64,000 nucleotides of DNA. Source: Selaginella moellendorffii (lineage: Eukaryota > Plantae > Lycopodiophyta). The stretch's first letter is position 1. Every line of letters begins with the position of its first letter. Of this stretch, positions 48,706-59,611 are shown piece after piece. The stretch covers positions 3,604,559 through 3,668,558 of the forward strand of contig NW_003314268.1 in NCBI RefSeq assembly GCF_000143415.4. Reading direction: 5' to 3'. Under the pieces are notes generated by a model. That model was not told where the DNA came from. It searched no databases and worked only from the letters and a program-made list of their open reading frames with translations. Position numbers and translations under genes: made by a program.

Positions 48706-49491
48706 CTAATCTAGCACACACTCACTTGCCTGTAGTGGCTGGGCCTCCCATCTGGATACCTCACACGTCATCTCGAACGCGTCACGCTTGAGCAGCATCT
48801 CATGCTCGAGCTCCTCGCAAGCCAAATCTCCCACACCCCGGATGATCTTGAAGTGGAGCAACAAGAACTTGCCATCGGACAGCTCCACGATTACGTTATG
48901 CTGTCCGATGGCAAGTTCTTGTTGCGTCGGTATGTGGAAGTTCCTCTCCTCGGAGGAGCGCTGCACCGTCACGAGCGAGGAGTGGATCACGTTGATGCCG
49001 TAGTTTGGTTGGGATGCGGGTTTATGGAGACGCGGAGTTGCAGTGGAAAGAGCCACTCCACCATTGCCGAGTAGGCGCGATATGAGGAAGCCGACTTGGC
49101 TGCACAGCTTCTTCTTGGCCGACTTGGATGGGAGACTCTTGCAACTCTTGTGCTCGTAGAGATCCTCAAGCATGAACCTCGAGAAGCCGCGGTACAAATT
49201 GCGCGTCTCCGGGTCCTCCTTGATGTCCCTGTGCACGGCCGACTCGTCGCTTCCAAACAAGCGGATGAGAGCTCGTCTCGCGGTCTCGGCGTTCGAGGTG
49301 GGGTCAGTGGCGATGGGATGCTCCAGCTCGATGCCGGAAACGAGCTCCGCTATGCTCTCGTCGCTGTGGTGGTCCAGCAAGAATTCGTCTAGGCGGTAGA
49401 AGCTGACCAAGCCGGGATACAAATCGTGCGCCATCTCGCGAAGCATCTCTCCGAATGTATCCACGGTAGCATCGTCAGAGCCAACTGACAC
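48706..49491 (-). pseudogene. Dit1/PvcA (isocyanide synthase-like) fragment, fungal-type
   Basis: VGSDDATVDTFGEMLREM, LYRGFSRFMLEDL, KKLCSQVGF; AYSAMVEWLFPLQLRVSINPHPN in a shifted frame; YGI, HIPT...HNVIV. N-terminal half missing. Confidence 0.72.
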
Positions 49492-49596
49492 AGAGCTTTA
49501 CTCATGAAAACAAGGAGCTCCTTGCTATCGTGGATTCCTTTGGAGAGTGGCATCATTTTTTGGAGGGGGCGAGCCATTAAGTGCATGTAGGAATTA

Positions 49597-50160
49597 CTCG
49601 TGGTGTCTGGATGCTTCGGAGTTGATCGACAACACCAGCACCGTTCGAATGTGGTCGAAGCTCAGCTTGGACAACCAGAACAACCAGAAGTAGTACGATG
49701 AGCAGCATCAAACCAAAGAACACCAAAGGCACCGAGGCTGGAAGCCTGCTCGGTATGCTCCCCTCGATGACTGTGACGACAATGAGATAAGGCAAAGGTG
49801 GGGTAGAGGAACGAGCTGAGAATGTACTTGTCGCTGGACTTCTGGACGACAGGCCCGGGCCCGAGGAAGAGGCTAAACAGTAGATACAGGAACGTTGGTA
49901 GAAGCCCAAGGAGGAGTAGAAAGAAGCTGACGTGGAACTGGAAGAAAGTCTGGAACACAACCGCGAATGGCCAGGAAAGCCATGCTGGTACCGAGATCCT
50001 TGAAGAAGCACTCCTGCTTGTAACACAGGGAGATTTTGAGCTCCTAGCTGAAGCTGGTGAGCGTGCCTCCGGTGCATGCTATCAGGTAGAAGCCCGACAC
50101 TGCGATGACCCAGCGATTGCTGGCGATGGAGAAGAGCTCCCTCGCCATTGCTAGAGCCAT
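49597..50160 (-). pseudogene. Nodulin-like/NFD4 MFS N-terminal fragment (copy C)
   Basis: NRWVIAVSGFYLIACTGG, CFFKDLGTSMAFLA; premature stop. Confidence 0.78.
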
Positions 50161-50621
50161 TGCCAACTTCGCAGGTAATAATCGTTTCTTATGCCTTTGT
50201 CTTGTTCGTATTGCAGTCCATATGACGCCCTGACTGCAGCCGTCGCTTGCGTGGACGATCTTTTCGTTTCTCAAAGCACACTAGAAAACGTGACAATTGC
50301 GAAGGTTCGTGGATTTTTCTGGTGGGTCAACTAAGTTGAGCTTTGACGCTTGATGTGGATCCGAGGCAGGCCGCATGTGGACGCTGGTCAGACCACGGAT
50401 ACGGAAAAGTCCACAAAATGGTCTTCAGCGGGGGCGGATCCGGAATCGGCGCAATGGTAACGTTCTTAGCATCTTCGTGCTGCCCACTTGAAAATCTTAT
50501 TTTTTTTGCAACTATATAAGCAGGGCACTGGGAGGACACTGATATCCGCATCTCAAAGCCTAGCATCCAAGCATACATTTCGATTTCCATCTTTCAAGCT
50601 CTTGCTTACACAGTCCCATCC

Positions 50622-51802
50622 ATGGCTGGGATCAAGGCATTTGTTGACAGCTGCAACGGGACGCTAGACAGCGTTCCAGACAGATACATGATGCCAAATG
50701 AAGCTGCCGATGTCTCCCGGTACGCGGTGCTGCCGATAGTCGATGTGGCGAGCGAGAGCTTCGAGAGGGATCTCGTTGACGCTTGCTCAAAGTATGGAAT
50801 GTTCTACGTAAGTTTTCAAGAAGTGACTTTTTTCCTGTAGTACATGTTTGCTAAGTGGATGTATTTCTTGTTCAGCTCAAGAACCACGGCATTCACACCG
50901 AGGATGTGATGAGGTGCGCTCTCGATTTCTTCAACTCGCCCAGCGAGGACAAGATGCGGTACTACACCGAGGAGATCTTCACACCCGTCCGCTACTGCAC
51001 CAGCATGATGCCTTCGAAGGAAGAGAAGCTCGAGTGGCACGACCACCTCCAGATGTGGCTCAAGGAAGAGTCCCTCGGAGCGCACCCCTGGCCCGCGTTC
51101 CCAGCCAGCTACAAGTCAGTATCTCGCTCCTTGATTATGGTATTGCTCTAGATTGCTGACGCTCTATATGCAACAGGGACGTTGGATCCGAGTATGCCAG
51201 AAACATCTTCAAGCTCGGGAAGAGGATGCTGTTGGTCATGTCCGAGGGACTTGGCCTCCGCTCAAACCGTCTTCTGGAAGCATTCGAAGACATGGTTCTC
51301 CTGACGAGAGCCAACTTCTATCCGGCTTGCCCGAACCCGAGGCAGGCCTTGGGCATGGAAGGCCACACCGACAGCGGCGGCCTCACGTTTGTGCTCCAGG
51401 ATGGAGTCGGGGGATTGCAGCTCAAGCAAGGCGAGGATTGGTACAATGTGAGGCCACTCGAGGGAATGCTGGTGGTTAACATGGGCGATCAGCTAGAGGT
51501 ACGAGCAGTCGAAAACGTTTTGAGAAACTGTGGACTGATCTTTGTCTTGGTTGATTGTCTTGTATCAGAAGCTGAGCAATGGGAGATACAAGAGCATATT
51601 GCACAGGGTGATGGTGAACTCGAAGAGCTCGAGGCTGTCCGTTGGGGCGTTCCTGGGGCCATCACTAGATGCGGAGATAAGCCCGATTCCAGAGCTGGTG
51701 AGCCAGGAGAGTCCGGCAAAGTACCGCAGCAGGACTTACAGGGACTACATGCACGAGGTGTACACGGAGCACTTCTCCGGGAAGAATGTCTATGTGGCTT
51801 GA
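50622..51802 (+). CDS. 2OG-Fe(II) dioxygenase copy C (4 exons)
   Basis: Same exon structure and motifs as 8045-9224, with few amino-acid changes. Confidence 0.92.
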
Positions 51803-53622
51803 GCCTTAGATAGTCATGGGCACCAATTTTTTCTCATCTCACGATTTTTTTGCTCACAAGGATCGTAATGTGATAAGCATGTATGGATACATACGAAATT
51901 TGCTCCCTTGACCGACTGTGTGCTGCCTAGAAGGTCGTAAAAGCTTGACAATCAGACTATGTGCTGCCTAGAAGGTCGTAAAAGATTAACAATCCGACTG
52001 TTTGCTGCCTAGAAGGTCATAAAGTTTAACAATCTGGGAAGGAATAAGAGAAATTTTCGTTAACAGGTGTCTTATTATATAAATAGTTTATAGCTGAATT
52101 TTTGTAACGTGGTTCTAAGCGCCATATGACTGATGTTTTATGGATTGCAAGTACTATCCAAACACACATAAAGCAGCGCTTTTCCATCAGGTGTCCACTC
52201 TTTTTATTTTCATTTGCTTTAGATTTTTAGCTGTGTCACGTCCAGTGAAAACCACACCGACAATCAACTTGAACTTCGATCGAAAATTAAGAAAATTTTC
52301 CCTGTAGTTTTCAGCAAGAGCGTGGCGGGACAGGGACCTCAGAGTGGCATGGGGAGATGGAGAAACGTGAGCGTGGGAATGGACGGAGAGAGAAGACTTC
52401 CACAACAAACTTGCAAACTTGTTTGCACAGTCTCTCATGCTTTTTGTTGGGCACTGCCAGACTGCCAAAACAGAATATAAAATAGAATAGACTATCAAAA
52501 GGAAACTTGAAATATACCACGAACCCAGTACATACAAGAGGTAAGGTGTGAGTATGTAGCTGGGAGCACTATGTGCTTAATGCCCTCCCTGCAAGCAAAT
52601 GAAACAACGCCCCTGTAATAGCAAAAGCACAATGTATCAAGTTTGTTACACACTTTGGCATACCTGTAACTTTATCAATGAGGACAAATAAAATTTATAA
52701 TATTAGAAAATGTTATTCTGATTAATCTATGTTGTGTCAATGATATCTAAGTTATGACTTCACCTAGTTATTGCAATATTTCCTAATGGTTTTTAATATT
52801 TTTGAAAGATTTAATTATGTATAGAAATTGTTGTAAGGGTTAATTGTTATATTATACCTTTATACCAGTTAAGATTTGATTCATTCTAAATTTGATCAAA
52901 ATGCATATAAGAAAAAGAGAATTCCACCAATCTATTGCAGAAACAAGCCACATATATAATTTAATGTTGTTAACTAAAGTTTGTAATATTTTACTCATAT
53001 TGTGATAATAATAATTAAAAATTATTTGCTACAAGAACTTGTTTTAAATTTCATCACGTAACTTTTTGGTTTGCTTAAGTATGGGGAGTAAGATGGTAGT
53101 TAGAACATGTTTGGATATTCTGGGATATTCTACAATCTAATGGTTATTATTCATTTAGATTAATCTTTTTTTTCTAATTTATAAACATGCTTATAATTTA
53201 TAAACTTTCCTAAACACTTGTTAATATATTCTAGTTTATTCTTACACAATAAGATTATCCTTATATTTATAAATTATAAATTTCCATTTGATCAATTGGA
53301 TTAATAAATAGGTGTAACGCATTGCCACGTGGAAGGCACAGCAAATTATTTACATTGTATGAATTTTATTGTTGTCAATGTTTTAACTGTCGTATTTTTA
53401 CTGATGAACACTCCCTTTAAATTGAATGTATAACTCATCTTCAAAAACAGATTAAAAGAGAAAGAAAACTTGCAATTGCACGGCAACACAAATTTATGCA
53501 TATACTTCACATCTAGACATGAGCATTTTGACCCTAAATAATTACACATTAAATGTAAATGTAGAAAGACTGGGAGAATCCAATCTGGGGTTGTCTTGGA
53601 CTCAGGGATATCACCGCCCAAA

Positions 53623-53822
53623 GTTGAAGATCAAAGGAATCACTCCGGACTTGGACAGAGGTGTGAGGCACTTGAAGTCGATCGTCTTGGATCACGGCCT
53701 GGAGTCAGGCAAGCAAAAGTATGGCCGCTTGCTTGATCTTCATGCTCAGAGGCTAGGCATTTGCAGCATCGTCTCTTGGAACGAGGCGAACGTCTTGTAA
53801 GGAAAACGTTTGCAACAATGCT
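53623..53822 (+). pseudogene. Scrambled fragment of a PLS2-like PPR C-terminus
   Basis: LKIKGITPD-LDRGVRHLKSIVLDHGLESGKQKYGRLLDL matches about 35711-35897. Confidence 0.75.
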
Positions 53823-54491
53823 ATGCTTTATGTAAACCTTTTGCTCGGCATCAGCTTACAAGTTTGGCAGCCATTTTTCGAGAAAAAAGAGCTTGCTTTC
53901 AGAACGTAAGGAACATCGCACATAGGGTTGGTATGTGGCATTAATGCCGATAAGATCTCTGGATAAATATGGGGGAACGTGCTTTCATTAAAATTCACCC
54001 TTCTTACTCGTTTCGATGGACCTCTTACTCGCTTCGTGCGGTCCCCGATCTTGTGGAAGGGCCGATCACCGATCTTGTGGAAATCTTCTGGGGCTTCTTT
54101 CCATCCACCTGGTTCTCCCAAACCTTCCCTCGCGTCGGAAAGTCGCTCGCTTTCGCCATTTGTTGTATGATAACAGACAGGTCCTGGAGCGGGAAAGCTC
54201 TGCGATGGAAACGTTAACAAGTAACAATACAAGGCCTTCGTCGAGCACTTGGTTTGTTCTATAGATCAAGGCACTCTCCTCTCCAAGTTTCACGAGCTCG
54301 ACATCGCTGCAAAGCTTCGCCCACTCATGCCAAAGCTCGTCAAAGCTTTCCTACGAGAAATAGAAAGTGAAAGACTGCTTCTCAGCCACCTTTCGACTGA
54401 AATATGCTCGCTTTCAAAACATAAGGAGCGTCACTCCCTGGATCCCCGAGAATGGCCTTCTCGGCAATCTGGTTTCCCGCTTCCACGTCGC

Positions 54492-56273
54492 TCAAGCACG
54501 GACGAAGCTCGTCAAAAATCCACTCTCTGGAACGAATGGCATGCTTGCAATGAGGTCCCGAGCATCTCTTAAATGCCCAGCTCGACTGAGAAGATCAACC
54601 AAGCAACCGTATTGTTCTTTCGTAGCCACCAAGCAATGGTCGCGCAGCATCGAAGCGAAGTAAAGCTTGGCGACTTTAAGATCGCCACAGTGGCTGCAGG
54701 CAAGAAGTATTCCAGAGAAGGAAACCTCGTCAGGGCGAGAACCATCCATCGCCATCTCGTTGTAAATCTCGAAAGTTTGCTCAAAGTTCCCGGCTTGGGC
54801 ATTCAGTGTAAGCATTGCATTCCACGCAGTAGAGTCTTTCTTCTCCGGCATCTGCTGGAACAGTACTAGAGAACTTGCGAGGCATCCCTTCTGTCCATAC
54901 GCCACCACCATTTGCGTCCAGGAAACCATGTCTTTCTCTGGCATAGCCACGAACAAGGCAGTGAGTTCCAGCAGATTTCTCCTCTCTTGGCCCTGGTTAT
55001 ACGCAGCAAGCATGGCATTCCACGAAACAGCATCGTGGTATGGCATGCCATGATCGAACAGGCACTTGGCTTGCTCGAGTTTCCTGTGCTGGACGAAGCC
55101 CACCAGCATTGTCGTACACGAGATCAAGCTCCTGCACGGCATTGCTCGGAAGAGAATGGTGGCGTTTTCCAAGTTCCCGCTATCGCCTTCTTGGGAGAAT
55201 GCCATGAGCATTGCATTCCAGGCCACGAGGTTCCACTCGGGCATGGAATCAAAGACGCAATTGGCTTCGTGGAGCTTTCTCTTCTGAGCAAGATCGACGA
55301 GCACCAAGTTCCACGACACAATGTTCTTCACCGGCATTCGCGAGAAGAAGTTATCCTTCAAGGTGGAATCCTCTCCCTGGTGCTGAAGGTACAAGCCCAG
55401 CATGACAGTCCAGGCGACCACTCCTCTCTCCGGGAGCATCTCCTCAAACATGATCTCCGCTTTGGTGATCTCTCCAGCTTGAACATACACCGAAAGCATC
55501 GCGTTCCACGAGACCAAGTTCCGAAATGGCATCCCCTTGAAGCACTCCTCGGCAGATTTAACGTCTCCAACGCGGGAGAAACCGCAAAGTAGTGTGGTCC
55601 ATGAAACCATATCGCGATCCGGCATCGCATCAAAGAACTGCTTTGCACTTTCAATATGCCTTGTTTGGGCAAATGCTGCAAGAACTGCATTCCACGACAG
55701 TGTGTTTCTTTCGGGCATTGCGTGAAAAGCTTCCAGGACATGATTTATAAGACTTGCGCTTTCAAACGCTGACAATAGTGTGTTCCAGGTGACAATGTTA
55801 CGTTCTGGAAATGATCGGAAGAGCTCCAAAGCTCCTACCAAATGCCCAGACTTGGCAAATGCGGAAAGCATCGCGTTCCACGAAACTAGATCCCGTTGTG
55901 GCATCGCATGGAAGAGCTTGGTGGCGCGATCGAGATCGCCGCTTCGCGAGAATCCAGTGAGCAGGCAAGTCCATGAGATCTCATTTCTATCGGGCATGTC
56001 GTCGAAGAGAAGTGTGGCGCTGTGGAGATCTCCGGCGTGGACGTAGACACCCAGCATCGTGTTCCAGGCGCCAATGTCTTTGACAGCCATCGAATCGAAA
56101 ACGCTCCTCGCGGACTCCACGCTGCTGCAATTCGCAAACATCTGGACGAGGAGATTCGAGATGGAGTAGTGGGCAGATCCATCGCTGCTGGCGCGCGCCT
56201 GCGCGTAGATCTCCCGCGCCTCGGCGAAGCTCCGGCACGATCTGATGCGCCGCGCGAGGCCCTGGAGATCCAT
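54492..56273 (-). CDS. PLS-class PPR - PLS3; E domain frameshifted
   Basis: SS array, ACSHCG...YGCLVDLLSRAGHL. The tail LSDVEAG...DAPYVLKASIF continues in another frame to about 54382. Confidence 0.88.
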   Translation of the reverse strand: MDLQGLARRIRSCRSFAEAREIYAQARASSDGSAHYSISNLLVQMFANCSSVESARSVFDSMAVKDIGAWNTMLGVYVHAGDLHSATLLFDDMPDRNEISWTCLLTGFSRSGDLDRATKLFHAMPQRDLVSWNAMLSAFAKSGHLVGALELFRSFPERNIVTWNTLLSAFESASLINHVLEAFHAMPERNTLSWNAVLAAFAQTRHIESAKQFFDAMPDRDMVSWTTLLCGFSRVGDVKSAEECFKGMPFRNLVSWNAMLSVYVQAGEITKAEIMFEEMLPERGVVAWTVMLGLYLQHQGEDSTLKDNFFSRMPVKNIVSWNLVLVDLAQKRKLHEANCVFDSMPEWNLVAWNAMLMAFSQEGDSGNLENATILFRAMPCRSLISCTTMLVGFVQHRKLEQAKCLFDHGMPYHDAVSWNAMLAAYNQGQERRNLLELTALFVAMPEKDMVSWTQMVVAYGQKGCLASSLVLFQQMPEKKDSTAWNAMLTLNAQAGNFEQTFEIYNEMAMDGSRPDEVSFSGILLACSHCGDLKVAKLYFASMLRDHCLVATKEQYGCLVDLLSRAGHLRDARDLIASMPFVPESGFLTSFVRA

Positions 56274-56336
56274 CTCCTGTGTAGCGCATTTTCTTTCACG
56301 CGGGAATTTAGGGTTCTTCCATTCGCTAGTGAGGGA

Positions 56337-57772
56337 ATGCTACTAGGCATAGCGCTCGCCAAGAGTAAGATCAAGCTCTTGGATCGCGCTGCTCTTGCTG
56401 CCTCCTCGATCAGGCGATTCGGCGCCAATCGCTGGGACAGGGAAGGGGATTACGAGTGCGACGATGTCGACATTGGCAGATTTGTGGAGCTCTTCCCGAG
56501 CAAGAAGATCAGGGACGCGGCGCCGCCCAAGACACTGCGGGCCAGCCGCGAATCCGCCACGGTCATCCAGCTGCTGAGGAGCGCCAAGAAATCCCCGGCC
56601 AAGCTCGATGCGTACCTGGGCAGCCACGCTTCGCGGCTCCTTTGCAAGGATCTCCAGTACGTCTTGAATGTGTTCCTCAAGAACCAGGAGAACGACATAG
56701 ACCTGGCTTTCAAGGTACGTGGTAGCATTCTCGTCCTCGTTTGTTCGTTCTACGCTCGTGTTCGTGGAGATCCATGCTTTCTACGCGTAAGCTTTGCTTT
56801 GTCGTCGGTTTCTCTCCATGCTGTCCGCGATTTTTTGCGGAGTTTCCTTGTCTCGTTGTTTGTTCTTCCTAGTGTTGTTGGAAGATCTATCACGTTTAGA
56901 TCCACTTGTCTGTTTGGAAGTCTGGCGATTGGAAGTTTCATGGATCTTAAGGTTGTATTTTCTCTCCATGCTGCCTTGCGTCTTTGTGCGTGTTCTTGAA
57001 CTTGCCAAGGTTTTGTTATCTCGTCCCGAGTATGGTTTGTTCTTTCTAGGTTTGAAGATCCATGATTTCTATGATTGGAATGTCCATCTTCTTGTTCTCG
57101 CGAGTTCTGGTTCTTGCCTTCGTTTACTCGTGGTTTTCTCTCCATTGCATGTTCTTGATCTTGCCAGGGTTTTGTTATCTCGTCCCCAATGTTGTTTGTT
57201 CTTTCTACGTTTGTGTTGTTGTTATCTATCATGTTTTCTTACGTGTGTGTTTGGAAATCACGTCTCCTCCTTGTCTCCTCGCAAGGTTTCGTCTCCTGGA
57301 AGTCCATCTGCTTGTTCTCGCGAACGGCATTTCATGTCCTTGGATCTAAGTATCTGTTTTGCAGATTTTCGAGCTGATTCGAAAGGAGAGCTGGTACAAG
57401 CCGAGCGAATCAACCTACATGCGGCTTGTCAGCTTCTACTGCCGCGCCGACGAGAGGAAGAAACCAATGAGACCAATCCTGGAGCTTCTCAACACGGCGC
57501 AGGGCGAGGGCGTCGCCCTGTCGGAGGCCATGCTCACGGAGCCCATGCGCTGCTGCATCCTCCAGGCAGACTTCGATACGTGCCTCCAGTTTTACAGGCT
57601 CATGCGCTCGTCGGGGTGCCAAGTTCATCGCGGCCTCTACACCTACCTGGCCAAGAGCTTTAGCAGGGCCGGGCTCAAGGAGAAGTCCTTCCAGATCTTT
57701 GCGGATGCTCCGGCGGAACAAGCTCCCTCCAGATTGGAGAAGAGGGAGAGAGTCTTTTTTGTCGAAGATTAG
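56337..57772 (+). CDS. THA8-like small PPR protein C; exons 56337-56714 and 57365-57772
   Basis: SRESATVIQLLRSAK...SRLLCKDLQYVL...LAFK|IFELIRKESWYKPS; GT-AG intron of 650 bp. Confidence 0.85.
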
Positions 57773-57866
57773 CGATAGAACTTTGGTAGGAATCGAGAGA
57801 AACTATGTCCCAAACCGATGGACCTCGGCAGAGAATCTGATGTAAATTACTATGGTCCCATAATCT

Positions 57867-59438
57867 ATGAAGTTAGCTGAGTCGATAAAATCATGCAAAG
57901 ACTCCAACCAAGCCAGGCAAATCCACAAGCTTGTGGAGGAGCATAGAGAGCACATATCTCAGGACACTTCCCTCTACTTGAGCAAGCTTCTCATACGAAT
58001 GTACGTGCGCTGCTCCTGCACAGCTCCTGCCAAGAACATCTTCGACCTCATGGAGCACAGAGACGTTTTCTGCTGGAATCTGATGCTCACAGCATTTGCC
58101 CAGGATGGCTGCCTCTGCGAGGCGCAGAAACTGTTTGATGCCATGGGGTTCAGGACCACCGTTTCATGGACAATCATGCTGGCGGCTTATTCACAGCAGG
58201 GAAAAATAGCTCAGGCCGAGATCTTATTTTCCTCTATGCCCGAAAGAGATGATGTTGCGTGGAATGCGATGTTGGCGGCATATACCATTCACGGGCATGT
58301 TGTTGCCGCAGCTCGATGCTTCGAATCAAACCCAAGACCGAACTTAACATCGTGGAACTGCATGCTGGATGGGTTTTCGCGTGCTGGCAAGCTGAAAAAT
58401 CTAGTGGAGACTTTCAAGAAGATGCCACTGTGGGATATGATCTCATGGAACACTCTGCTATCTGCATATGCCCAGTTAGGGTATATGGAAAAACTAAACA
58501 ATGTCTTCCGTGCAATGCCTTGGCACAACCTTGTCTCGCTCACTTCCATGCTAACTGCGTACTCAAACCACACTTGCTACTTCGGAAGAGCTCGGATATT
58601 GTATAGATCGCTGCCTGCGTACACTCTGGTGACTTTCACAGCCATGATAACAGCATACACACAAAATCAAAGTATCAGCGAAGCGAAGCTCTTGTTTGAC
58701 GACATGCCGGAATGGGATCTTGTCTCCTGGAACTCCATGCTCGCGGCCTATGCCCGGAACGGACATATCGAGCAAGCCATTTGCTTCTTTGAAAGCATGC
58801 CTGTGGTGGACATCTTCTCCTGGAACTCCATTCTCTGGGCCTACTCAGTTGGAGGCCATGTCGACCAGGTGGAGATTTTGTCACAGGCGATGCCGGAGAT
58901 GGACCTTGTGTCGCTAAACTCAGTCCTGTCCGTCAATGGAAGCTTGGGCGAGATCGAGGCGTTCTTCTCTTGTATGCCGTCTCGTGACTTGGTGTCGTGG
59001 AATTCCATGCTCGCTGCATACGCACAGAACGGACGCGTCCGGCAAGCTCAGGAGTTGTTTCAAGCCATGCCTGATCGTGATCTCACTTCCTGGAGGACAG
59101 CCTTGTCCAACCACGCCCGCAACGTCGATGGCTTCCAGAAAGAAGTGTTTGGAGACCTGAATGTCCAAGGTGAGAATCCGGACGAGATGTGCTTTACGAG
59201 CTTACTGTTTGGATGCAGCCACAGGGGTGATGCTACCCAAGCGTGTAAGCTGTTCGCTTCCATGCTGGTCGATTATGGGCTGGAGCCAACCAAGTTGCAA
59301 TTTAGCTGCATCATCGACCTTCTAGCTCGTGCGGGCCACCTGAGAGATGCCAATGATCTCGTCGTCAACATGCCTTTCATGCCTATTGCTGAAGACGTAC
59401 AGAGCTTGCTGGCGTTCTGCTTTCCAAAGCCAGCGTAA
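57867..59438 (+). CDS. PLS-class PPR - PLS4; truncated E domain
   Basis: SS array, GCSHRG...FSCIIDLLARAGHL...MPFMP. Confidence 0.88.
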   Translation: MKLAESIKSCKDSNQARQIHKLVEEHREHISQDTSLYLSKLLIRMYVRCSCTAPAKNIFDLMEHRDVFCWNLMLTAFAQDGCLCEAQKLFDAMGFRTTVSWTIMLAAYSQQGKIAQAEILFSSMPERDDVAWNAMLAAYTIHGHVVAAARCFESNPRPNLTSWNCMLDGFSRAGKLKNLVETFKKMPLWDMISWNTLLSAYAQLGYMEKLNNVFRAMPWHNLVSLTSMLTAYSNHTCYFGRARILYRSLPAYTLVTFTAMITAYTQNQSISEAKLLFDDMPEWDLVSWNSMLAAYARNGHIEQAICFFESMPVVDIFSWNSILWAYSVGGHVDQVEILSQAMPEMDLVSLNSVLSVNGSLGEIEAFFSCMPSRDLVSWNSMLAAYAQNGRVRQAQELFQAMPDRDLTSWRTALSNHARNVDGFQKEVFGDLNVQGENPDEMCFTSLLFGCSHRGDATQACKLFASMLVDYGLEPTKLQFSCIIDLLARAGHLRDANDLVVNMPFMPIAEDVQSLLAFCFPKPA

Positions 59439-59611
59439 GCAAAGCCTGTAAGGTTTGTGTGTTGATAAACAAAGTTGTTTCTAAGTGGAAGTCCATCCTG
59501 GAAGAGCTTGCTGAACAGGAAAACAAAGGAAAAGAATGAGAAAAGTTTGAATCAACACAGTTAGCGTACCGCGTGAGAGAGAAGCGCTTGGCCAACCTCG
59601 ATGGATTTTCC

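Noticed and set aside
48706-51802. Functional pvcA-pvcB-like biosynthetic cluster
   Set aside because: The synthase is truncated and frameshifted, the 2OGD is DOXC-type, and the adjacency arises at a duplication breakpoint.
51915-52035. TGCTGCCTAGAAGGTCGTAAA repeats (three here, two at about 9333-9400) resembling a CRISPR array
   Set aside because: The spacers are near-identical, the context is a eukaryotic 3' flank and there are no cas genes. This is a simple minisatellite of about 43 bp.
56794-57663. 289-aa hydrophobic ORF and 325-aa ORF 56022..56999
   Set aside because: They read through a T-rich intron or antisense PPR sequence. The spliced THA8L-C model explains the region.
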